A stretch of 64,000 nt of DNA, taken from Octopus sinensis (taxonomy: Eukaryota). The translations under genes were made by a program, and so were the position numbers. Shown one piece after another: positions 51,113-61,540 of the stretch (position 1 is its first letter; every line of letters begins with the position of its first letter). The notes under the pieces are model-generated. The model searched no databases. It saw nothing but the letters and a program-made list of their open reading frames with translations, and was not told the DNA's origin. The DNA lies in contig NC_042998.1 of the NCBI RefSeq assembly GCF_006345805.1, forward strand, positions 52,576,001-52,640,000, given 5' to 3'.

Positions 51113-51872
51113 TTGAATATTTTGTTTTCTTTTTCTATCATTATTATTGTTCTTGACGTGTCTTATAATAGTTGGAATCGATGTTGTTGTTGATATTATT
51201 GTTATCTGACACATAATGTCAATGCTTTTTTTGGTGGGGTTTTTTTTTTATCGTATGACAGATTGTGAATGTTACTGAAATAGTTTCTGATTTCTTTTTC
51301 TCTTTTTTTTTTGTTTCTGTTTCTTTTTTCTTGTGACTATAAACATCATTTGGTTCTGTTGCTGCTGTTGTCATGGTGACAGCACATCACAAATATGATG
51401 CCATGATTCTAATGCGTACATATTAAACCAACTGCACATGACAGTGTATGTGCATTCTGTTGCTGTCTTACTGCTTGCACATGTCTAAACATTTCATATT
51501 TACACATGTGCTACCTTACAGCATGAATGTACAAGAGAAACGTTTCATGAATACAAATACAGCTAACACATACACATATGCATTATATTGCTGCATAACT
51601 GAAACAAATACATGCTTCCATTAATGTGTAACTTATAACTATGGAAAAACACACACACTCCACAAAATTGCATATGTCCACATATTTTCCTTATAATCCA
51701 ATTCTGTAAATATCTATAAATATATAAGCATACATACTTGCACAAACAATATAACACACACACACACACACACACAAAGTTTCTAATTTTTAATTGCTAG
51801 TGTTACGAAGTGGCTCAAAGGCTGAAAGTTTCATGCAAAATTTTTGCCATTCAGATAAAAATTACATATATA

Positions 51873-52029
51873 TGGAGTGGCTGTGTGGTAAGTAGCTTGT
51901 TTACCAACCACATGGTTCCGGGTTCAGTCCCACTGCGTGGCACCTTGGGCAAGTGTCTTCTGCTATAGCCTCAGGCCGACCAAAGCCTTGTGAGTGGATT
52001 TGGTAGACGGAAACTGAAAGAAGCCCGAC

Positions 52030-52081
<52 letters not shown>

Positions 52082-52280
52082 TTGTCCCCCTAGCATTGCT
52101 TGACAATCGATGCTGGTGTGTTTATGTCCCCGTTACTTAGCGGTTCGGCAAAAGAGACCGATAGAATAAGTACTGGGCTTACAAAAGAATAAGTCCCGGG
52201 GTTGAGTTGCTCGATTGAAGGCGGTGCTCCAGCATGGCCGCAGTCAAATGACTGAAACAAGTAAAAGAGCAAAAGAGCAA
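51873..52280 (+). mobile_element. Full-length family B tRNA-derived SINE with internal (TA)n(TG)n
   Basis: ggagtggctgtgtggtaag (A box), gggttcagtccc (B box), gcaccttgggcaagtgtcttc block; tail ..gcagtcaaatgactgaaacaagtaaaagag. Confidence 0.9.
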
Positions 52281-52482
52281 GAGTATATATATATATGAAC
52301 AATAAATTAAATAGAGAGATATAATTGACAACCCAATAATTTATTATATAATATAACATAATAGACTATGAATACAATATAACATTAAAAAATCATTAAA
52401 AAACCCAAATAGCCAACAATTTGTTTTACACATCCCTTTGAAGGAATTCCTTTCTTTCGTTTGTTACTACATATATATATAT

Positions 52483-52640
52483 ATGGAGAGTTTACGAAAA
52501 AAAACAAGACAAAGACAGGTGGTGTACAAAACAAACAGATGTATTAGTATAATGCTCAGGAATAGAAAAAGTCTTTTACGTTTCGAGCCTACGCTCTTCT
52601 ACAGAAAGAGACACAGAAAAAACAAGGAGAGAAAAAAAAT
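52483..52640 (-). mobile_element. Family H repeat with intact hammerhead-like motif
   Basis: Paralog of 25785-25935; motif at 52572-52609. Confidence 0.7.
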
Positions 52641-52672
52641 GTGTGTAGTGGCTAATGATCTATCATGAGACA

Positions 52673-53035
52673 CAGGTGTGGCTGTGTGGTAAGAAGCTTG
52701 CTTCATAACTACATGGTTCTGGGTTCAGTCTCACTGTGTAGCACCTTGGGCAAATGTCTACTACTGTAGTCTTGAGCTGATAAAAGCCTTGTGAATGGAT
52801 TTGGTTGACAAAAACTGAAAGAAGTTCACCATGTATATGTATGAGTGTGTGTCTTTGTGTCTATATTTGTTCCCCACTACCACCACCACGTGACAACTGG
52901 TATTGGTGTGTTTACATCCCTGTAACTTAGTGGTTTAGCAAAAGAGAACAATGGAATAAGCACCAGAATTCAGAAGAAAAAAAACTGAATGAGATCGATT
53001 CATTTGACTAAAAGTGCTGCAAGGCAGTGCTGAAA
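52673..53035 (+). mobile_element. Family B SINE
   Basis: ggtgtggctgtgtggtaagaagcttg..gggttcagtctc..gcaccttgggcaaatgtc. Confidence 0.85.
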
Positions 53036-53981
53036 CACAATAAAAGTCCATGGAATATTTAGCTCTTTAAAATTTGTGGATACTTTCATTTCAGTTATTT
53101 AGCTGAGTTAATTATTACTGCTGGAGGTAGTTGCAAGGCAAGTTATAAGTAATGTTAGTTGTGAATTGGTTATCAGCCATAAAGAATTTCCTTTTGTGTG
53201 TTAAGAATATACATACACAAAATGGAACTTCATTAGTTTTAACACTGTGTATTCAAAAGTTTGATCAACTGAAATACCAGTTCGTTAAATTAGTGTTTAA
53301 CTATGTGGCTGAGTATTCCACTCACTCATGTGCTCTTAGATAATATAATTTTCAAGCAGAATCAGCATGAAATTCTGTTGAAAGACTGGATCTTTGAACT
53401 ACAGGTGCAGTCTATCCAACAAGTTTCAGCACAATTTTTGTTGACTTAATTTCATTCAAAAATCTTTGGTTCAACATTGGCTATATTGAAAAATGTTTGC
53501 CTAAAATGACATATGAGATTGATCCCGGGAATTTGTGATTTTTGAAGAAAAATACTTAACCATTTGACCATGTTTCTACTATTATATATTTATAGTTATA
53601 CTCACATAGTTGATCAGAGATGGGCCAGTGACTCCTATGAATACATTATGGTGACTATAACCAACATAACATATGCCACCAACGACATCTTCCATCACCA
53701 CCACCACTGCTATCACAATCACTTGAAAATACATCACAACAATTGGACCAACAATAGGAAAGTTGCTTGCACTAACAGTTGGTGATTTGCAGCTGCTACT
53801 AACCCAAACATCAAGCAGTTTAACATAAAATAACAGAATTGATGTAAATACACATTTCTTGGATTTCTTCCTTCTGAAGATAGGCCTTTGTGTTTAAAAT
53901 ATAAAGGCATTTTTTTTTTTTTTTTGTAAAAGTTTCTGCATTGCTAGAAGCTTTCTTTGTTTCCCCATTTCTTTCATTGTC

Positions 53982-53984
<3 letters not shown>

Positions 53985-54027
<43 letters not shown>

Positions 54028-54089
54028 CACACACGTACATACACACACACACTTACAAAGACACACACACACACACACACACGTATATA
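53985..54089. repeat. (CA)n microsatellite
   Basis: Directly visible. Confidence 0.95.
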
Positions 54090-55701
54090 CAGTGGCACCA
54101 TTTGATTTAAGAACGCTAGTACACTAATGCTTAAATGGTATTTTTTATATATTCAAGTTGTAAATTGTGAATGAAAATGTATAAAGAAAATTTCACAAGC
54201 TTTAATATGATATACAGCTTTACAGTGTAACTACAACATATTAATTTTAAATTAAAGATAAATCTTAATTATCATAATTTTTAATTCCATTTAATTTAAG
54301 AATGATTTGTAAAATTTCCTTTTTTTGTTTTAAGAAGTTTATTCTGAAATGAACAAAAAAAAAACAAAAAGCAATTAGCTCACACAATCAGTATTTGATT
54401 GGGAATCCAAAATTATTTAATACAGCTTTGCATCTGCAAAACATTGAATTGTTCAGATCATTTAATACTGTTCCTGAGATTTTTTCTCAATTTTGGCTAA
54501 TAATGTAAAATAAATCATCTGTATTCTTTGGCTTACTACTTTGCACAGCTATACCCATTCTTTCCAAAAGATTTTTGATGGGATTTAGGTTGGGCCATGC
54601 ATCAACCGAACTCCCTTAGACCTAATGTAATCTCTGACGAGGTGCAAGGTGTGTTTCAGGTTGTCATGCTGGAAATTCCAAGATCAGCCCAAATGCTTTC
54701 GGGCGTATGGAAGCATAGTCTTATCTAATATTTCTAGATAGGACTTATTTTCAATAACACCCTTGATTCGGATTATAGGACCAATGTCTTTTCCAGACGT
54801 GCACCCCCACACCATCACACTTCCACCAACATGTTTAATTGTAGGTTGGATGCATTCTGGATTATATTCTCTGCCTATATGCCTTCTTACATACTTCCTG
54901 CCATCACTGCTGAACAAGTTGAACTTTGGCTTGTCTGACCACAACACATTCGACCAATCTGCTGGACTCCAATTCAAATGTTCTTTTGTGAATTGTATTT
55001 GAGCATGTCAACTTTTTAAAGAAATATATGGCTTTTTGTGAGAAACTCTTCCTAGAAGTCCAAATTCTTTGAGACAGATTTTTATGGTGGACATTTCAAT
55101 GGTAAGTCCATATTTTTGCTGAATTTCTTTCAAAATGTCAACAGCAGTCATTTTTCACTTTTTTAGGGACAGTCTATGAACGTATCTATCCTTTCTTGTT
55201 CTTGATTGCTCAGGTCGAGGGCGGTCTTTATAATCATTAGCTTCTTTATAAAGATGGACAGTACTGTAGATGGCTGTTTTAGAGCATCCAACTTCGTTTG
55301 AAATAGCTTTATATGACCATTTCATTCAAATATGCTGAACAATCCTTACTCTGGTTTCTGGTGTTAAGTTTTGTCTCTTACCCATCACAACTATTAAGTA
55401 ACTTAAAATTGTAACAGCATGCAAATTACCCTATTTTTATATTAGTCTTATTGACTAATATAAAAAAATGAAATTTAGCAAATCGTTCTTAAATTAAATG
55501 GCAACGTAAATTACTCAAAACAAAGTTTATTTTTAATTTAAAATTGATACGTTGATGTTATGCTGTAAAATGCATACCATATTCGTGAAATTTTCTTTAT
55601 TTTGATAAACATCTTAATTCACAATTTACATCTTGAATATATATAAAAAATGCCATTTAAACATTAGAATACTAGCGTTCTTAAATTAAATGGTGCCATT
55701 G
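54090..55701 (-). mobile_element. Full-length inactive Tc1-family DNA transposon, IR/DR type (1612 bp)
   Basis: TA|CAGTGGCACCATTTGATTTAAGAACGCTAG..CTAGCGTTCTTAAATTAAATGGTGCCATTG|TA; ~220-bp imperfect TIRs with inner repeats at 54287-54308 and 55480-55501. Confidence 0.95.
54388..55385 (-). pseudogene. Tc1 DD34E-type transposase pseudogene
   Basis: MGKRQNLTPETRVRIV..WSNVLWSDKPKFNLFSSDG..VKH-like IKHVGGSVMVWGC..FQHDN..NPIKNL..CKAVLNNFGFPIKY*. About five in-frame TGA stops and a deletion or frameshift near the third catalytic residue (E to K). Confidence 0.95.
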
Positions 55702-55705
55702 TATG

Positions 55706-55736
<31 letters not shown>

Positions 55737-55737
55737 G

Positions 55738-56350
55738 TTCTTTTATTCTTTTACTTGTTTCAGTCATTTGACATGCACCACCTTTAGTTGAACAAATCAA
55801 TCCCAGGACCTTATTCTTTGTAAGCCTAGTACTTATTCTATCGGTTTCTATTACCAAACCGCTGAGTTACAGGGACGTGAATACACCAACATTGGCTGTC
55901 AAGAAATGGTAGGGCAACACAAACACATACATACATACACACACACACACACATTATATATACATATATATATACATATATATATACATGACAGACTTCT
56001 TTCAGTTTCCGTCTACGAAATCCACTCAAAAGGCTTCTACTAACTGGAGGCTATAGTAGAAGATATTTGCCCAAGATGCCATGCAGTGGGACTGAACCCA
56101 GAACCATGTTGTTGGGAGGCAAGCTTGATACCCCACAGCCACTCCTGTGCCTATATATATACTTTTTACTTGTTTCAGTCATTAGACTGTGGTCCCATTG
56201 GGGCATCGCCTTGAATAGTTTAGTTGAACAAAGTAATCCCAATACATTTTTTTTTGTTAAATGTGATACTTATTCCATCAGGTTCTTTTGCTGAACTGCT
56301 AAGTTACATGAATGTTTACAAACCAATACCAGTCGTCAAATAATGGTGGT
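55738..56350 (-). mobile_element. Family B SINE (55738-56150) plus a partial second copy
   Basis: ttttacttgtttcagtcatt occurs twice; the head ends ccacagccactcc. Confidence 0.85.
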
Positions 56351-56849
56351 TGGGTGACAAATAAAACACAAAGCCCTCACACACACATATTTTGTAGTGT
56401 GTGGCAACAGCCATTATGCCAATATTATTAACACATGCACTGGTTCAATTCCACTCCTTTATTATTAGTCAATTAGTTAAATATCTAACTAACTAATCGA
56501 TTGTTCGTTTAATTTGGTTAAACAGTAATTCATTTGTTTTGTTTATTTTGTCAAAGCTCTTTCATTGCTACTTACAACTGTTTCAATGACTTTTGATTTA
56601 GTTGGTTACGAATGCTGCATTTGTCTGTTTGTGACCTTGTTGCATGTGTCTGTGTGTGTGTGTGTGTGTGCATGCCAGTGTGCATGTGTACTGGCATATA
56701 TATGTGTATACATGTTTATGTATGTGTTCTGTGTATTCATGTATTTGTGTGTCTGTGCATGTGTGTGTGTACTTCTACTTCCTTGTGCCTACGTGCACCT
56801 GTTGTGAATGTGCATGTGCCTATATATGTCTTTGTGTGTATGCATGTAT

Positions 56850-57322
56850 ATGCTGGGGCACTGCCTTGAGAACTTTTAGTTGAAGGAATCAACCCCCAGT
56901 ACTTTTTTAACCCTGGTACTTATTCTATTCCTCTCTTAGGACAAACTGCTAACTTGTGGGGTTGTAAACACTGGTTTTCAAGCAGTGGTGGGGGACAAAC
57001 ACAGATGCACAGGCGTGCACACACACACACATATATACAGTGGGCTCCTTTTAGTTTCCATCCACTAAATTGACTCACAGAGTTTTGGTCAGCCCAGGGC
57101 TATAGTAGAAGACACTTGCCCAAGGTGCCACACAGTGGGACTGAATCCAGAACAATGAGGTTGGGAAGGAAGCTATTTACCACACAGTCATGCCTGTGCC
57201 TTACCAACCAGGTTCAGTCCCACTACATGGCACCGTGGGCAAGTGTCAGCCTTGGGCTGACCAAACCCTTGTGAGTGGATTTGGTAGATGGAAACTGAAA
57301 GAGGCCTGTCTTAGATATATAT

Positions 57323-57356
<34 letters not shown>

Positions 57357-57368
57357 CATGTATATATG

Positions 57369-57403
<35 letters not shown>

Positions 57404-57630
57404 ATATATATATTTATATGTATATATGTATGTGTATATGATTGTCCCCCCCCCCAACATCGCTTGACAACTGATGCTGGTGTATTTATGGCCCTGTAAT
57501 TCAGTGCTTTGGCAAAAGAGACCGATTGAATAAGTACTAGGCTTACAAAGAATAAGTTTGCTCAACTAAAGGTGGTGGTCCAGCATGGCTGCAGTCAAAT
57601 GACTGAAACAAGTAAAAGAATAAAAGAAAG
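56850..57630. mobile_element. Head-to-head pair of family B SINEs (- 56850-57200, + 57200-57630)
   Basis: cacttgcccaaggtgccacacagtgggactgaa followed by ggttcagtcccactacatggcaccgtgggcaagtg. Confidence 0.85.
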
Positions 57631-57640
57631 AAAAAGATAA

Positions 57641-57674
<34 letters not shown>

Positions 57675-57826
57675 CGTGGGCACTACTGGTAACATGTAAC
57701 CCAATACAACCTGTTGCATGGTCAGGTCATCAGTGACTAAACTGGCAACACCATCAAGCTTGCTTGGTGAGGAGGGTGAGGGTGAATGTTGGACAGGTGA
57801 TGGCAATATTCGAACACGAGTTTGCA

Positions 57827-57900
<74 letters not shown>

Positions 57901-58069
57901 TATATATATTATATATATATTTATATATAGTCATCATATTCCATTCCATATTGGCTACCTCTGATGAGCATAGAGTTATATAATCGGATTGTTACTTAAC
58001 ACTCCGTTGTTACCCTAGTGCAGAATCAATTGGTAAGATCAGCTATGATGGATATGTACACTTTGGATA

Positions 58070-58320
58070 ATATCATCATCATCATCGTTTAACATCTGTC
58101 TTCCATGCTTGCCAGTACCCAGTCAAACTGGGTAGTGGAAAGCCAGTAAGGCTGCACCAGGCACCAATCTGATCTGGCACGGTTTCTGCTGCTGGATGTC
58201 CTTCCTAATGCCAACCACTCCGAGAGTGTAGTGGATGCTTTTAACATGCCACCGGCATGGGAGCCAGTCAGGTGGCACTGGCATTGACCACGTTTGGATG
58301 GTGCTCTTTATGTATGTACA
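58070..58320 (-). mobile_element. Family D element
   Basis: (CAT)n gtttaacatc..ccttcctaatgccaaccactccgagagtgtagtgg. Confidence 0.8.
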
Positions 58321-59094
58321 GTTCAAATCTACAGAAAAACAATATATGTATATATATATGTATATAATTTATCAATACCAAAACAATAAAATATGGAAGA
58401 CAGCATATGCTCTTGAATAAATGAAACTATTTGCCTCATTTAACATTCAAGCGAAGAACTAATTAATGAAAGTTTACTGAAGTTACTGTAAGTCTCCAAT
58501 CGTGACTAAAAATAACTGCTTTGTTACTGCTTACTTTTCCAGAAACTGATTTAATGGTAAAATCAATTAAATAACTCTGAGGACGTTTGCCAATTAGCTG
58601 GACTAATCTATCTCTGTTTATTATAAATATATTTGTTTGTGGTTAAGTGTGTGTGTATGGAGAGAGAGAGAAAGAGAGGGAGAGAAAGAGAGAGAGTGAG
58701 AGAGATATAAAGAGAAATATATGAAGAATGCATAAAAAGAGTGGTTTGGTTGGAGACATTAATGTTATTTACAAAACTAAATTGAGGTGATTTATAATAC
58801 TCGAAAAACTTTTGAAAGAAAAATGAAAAAGCACTGGCCAAAAACAACAGCATCAGACAGGCAAATGTAAGACTCTCTCTAAGGTTACATGACCTGCTAG
58901 AAATACCAGCCAAATTGTGTCAAATTGTACATACTGCTGTCTTGACAAGAAGTAACTTGTGGGGTAATATGGTCCTTAGATATAAACAAAATGGTTGGAC
59001 AGTCAGGTTTGGAATGTCTTTGATTATAAGCCTGCTCAATCATGGCTAATCTGCAACAACTCTAATAGAATCAGAAAGACATAGTATGGAAAAC

Positions 59095-59365
59095 GTGTAT
59101 ATATGTGTGTGTGTGTGTTGTAAGTGAGTGTGTGTATGTGTGTGTCATGAGTGAGTGTCTGGTGTGTGTGTGGTATGAGAGTGAGTTTGTGGTGTGTAAG
59201 TGTGTGTGGTGTCTGAGTAAGTGTATGTATGGTGAGTGAATGAGTGTGTGTGTGTGAGAGAGAGAGTGAGTGTATGTGTTTGTGTGCATGTGTGAGAGAG
59301 AGAGAGTGAGAGTGTGTGTGTGTGTGTGTGAGAGTGAGTGTATGTGTTTGTGTGTGTGTTGAGTC
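59095..59365. repeat. Degenerate (GT)/(GA) repeat
   Basis: Directly visible; explains the H/T/L-rich ORFs. Confidence 0.9.
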
Positions 59366-59599
59366 TCTGTCTGCCAATGCATACTGCTATTGGATGCACA
59401 CACATTAAAGTCCATTGCACCTGATGGAATAAATTATATGGCAATGTGCCAAAGCTTGAGAAAGAAATTTCTCATGGCGTTAGTTCCTCGATCTACCCAA
59501 CATAGTACTTAAATCTTACATCTGCATGGCTTTTGATACTTTTCCCAGGGACAGAAATGGGTTCGTGTACGGTCAACACATCTACCTAAAAAAGAATTA

Positions 59600-59790
59600 C
59601 AGAAGCAATGATGACAATCCAAAGCCTGGGAGAAGAAGGCCTTTCCTCATGAAAATATAGCACACCTGATTCTAACCTGGAACCAACAAGGGTGTCAGAA
59701 GAGAGATTCCTGAAAAATAGCTGGAGGTAGGATACTTAGGCAGATCTGAAAAAGTAGGGATCCAAATGGAGAGAAGCAGAGAAGACAACC
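59600..59790 (+). mobile_element. Very decayed RTE C-terminal fragment
   Basis: ctaacctggaaccaacaagggtgtcagaagagagattcctgaaaaatagctggagg resembles LTWNPQG.RKRGRPKNSWRR with frameshifts. Confidence 0.5.
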
Positions 59791-59854
59791 TAGTGTTGAG
59801 AACAATGAAAAAAAAAAATCATCCGTAGGGAATGAAGGGCTTCAATAAATATGT

Positions 59855-60086
59855 GTTTCTTTATTACCCACATGGGGCTACACACAGAGGGGACAAACAA
59901 GGACAGACATAGGTATTAAGTCGATTATATCGACCCCAGTGCGTAACTGGTACTTAATATATCGACCTCAAAAGGATGAAAGGCAAAGTCGACCTCGGCA
60001 GAATTTGAACTCAGAACATAACAGCAGACGAAATATGGCTACGCATTTCACCCGGCGTGCTAACGGTTCTGCTAGCTCGTCGCCTT
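59855..60086 (-). mobile_element. Full-length family A SINE
   Basis: Ends gctagctcgtcgcc; core intact. Confidence 0.9.
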
Positions 60087-60172
60087 TAAGTATGTTAATG
60101 GAATGAGTGTTGTTGTGAGTTCATTAATCATGTTTTTGTAAACCCTAGAAAGCATTATATGCAGAAGGAAAA

Positions 60173-60384
60173 GGTGGTGAGCTGGCAGAAACATTAGCAT
60201 GCTGGGTGAAATGCTTAGCAGTATTATGTCTGTCTTTACGTTCTGAGTTCAAATTCTACCGAGGTTGACTTTGCCTTTCATCCTTTTGGGGTCGATAAAT
60301 TAAGTACTAGTTGCGCACCAGGGTCGATCTAATCAACTGGCCCCCTCCCCCAAAATTTCAAGCCTTGTACCTGGAGTAGAAAAG
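60173..60384 (+). mobile_element. Full-length family A SINE with 19-bp TSD
   Basis: attatatgcagaaggaaaa at 60154-60172 and 60385-60403. Confidence 0.95.
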
Positions 60385-60688
60385 ATTATATGCAGAAGGA
60401 AAACCTCCTCAGAGAAACAGAACTAAGACTACTCCAGAAATAATACTACAGAAATAAAAATGCTCTGTACAGTTTGCATCTCATCAGAAATAGCTTAACA
60501 CAATAAACATAGATAAGTTACTATTATTAAAAACATAAAGTGTTGAAATGAAACAGTAATGGGAATCCATGGCACACACAAAAACATTTACTCAGTAATA
60601 ACAACAAAGTATAAGCACCGTATAAATATTAGGGAAGAGAAATACTAATACAATATGACCGAAGTAAAATGTAGCATAGGGAGAAAGC

Positions 60689-61127
60689 TTACATTATTTA
60701 CATTTGACGGATATTTGTCCTCATCTTGTTGGTTGTTAACATGTTTCGGCTGATATACTCTCCAGCCTTCATCAGGTGTTTTGGGGAAATTCGAAACTGG
60801 GTTCTCATTCCTAAGATATTTTTTGATGTTATTATTATTATTATTATTATTATTTCTTTACTGCCCACAAGGGGCCACACACAGAGGGGATAAACAAGGA
60901 CAGACAACTGGATTAAGTCAGTTGTATCGACCCCAGTGCGTAACTGGTACTTATTTAATAGACCCCGAAAGGATGAAAGGCAAAGTCGACCTCAGCGGAA
61001 TTTGAACTCAGAATGTAGTGGCAGATGAAATACCGTTAAGCATTTTGCCTGGCATGCCAAAGTTTCTGCCAGCTCACCCCCTTATTGGGGTTAGTAGCCC
61101 ATGCTCTTAACCAATATGCCATATGCC
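60689..61127 (-). mobile_element. tRNA-headed, hammerhead-tailed element (family G), interrupted by a family A SINE (60850-61080)
   Basis: Tail 60689-60850 carries CTGATGA..GAAAC on the minus strand; head remnant at 61085-61127. Confidence 0.75.
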
Positions 61128-61131
61128 TGTG

Positions 61132-61540
61132 GGTATATAGCATAGTGGTTAAGAGCATGGGCTACTAACCCCAAAATTCCCAGTTCAATTCCAGGCAGTG
61201 ACCTGAATAATAATAATAATAATAACAATAATAATAATAATAATAATAACCTAAGGCACATATCTAAGGCACACAGAGCTGCACTCGGTAGTGAAGTGAA
61301 AGCACGCTATAAAAATAAAACTACTGAATAATAATAATAATAACATTGAAAAATACCTTAAGAATGAGAACCCAGGTTCGAAATTTTCCCAAGACACCTG
61401 ATTAAGGCTGGAGCGTATATCAGCCAAAACATTGTGTTAATAACAAACAAAATGAGGACAAATATCCATCAATTGTAAATAATGTAAATAATGTAAATAA
61501 TGTACATAATTCCTCATCTCTTAAATATAGAACTGTGAGA
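61132..61540 (+). mobile_element. tRNA-headed, hammerhead-tailed element (family G)
   Basis: A box TAGCATAGTGG (61138), B-box-like GTTCAATTCC (~61183), (AAT)n spacer, tail with decayed hammerhead at 61393-61438. Confidence 0.8.

Noticed and set aside
61132-61205. tRNA gene
   Set aside because: It has A and B boxes and an anticodon-like arm, but no complete cloverleaf or acceptor stem and it runs into a repeat tail, so it is a SINE head.
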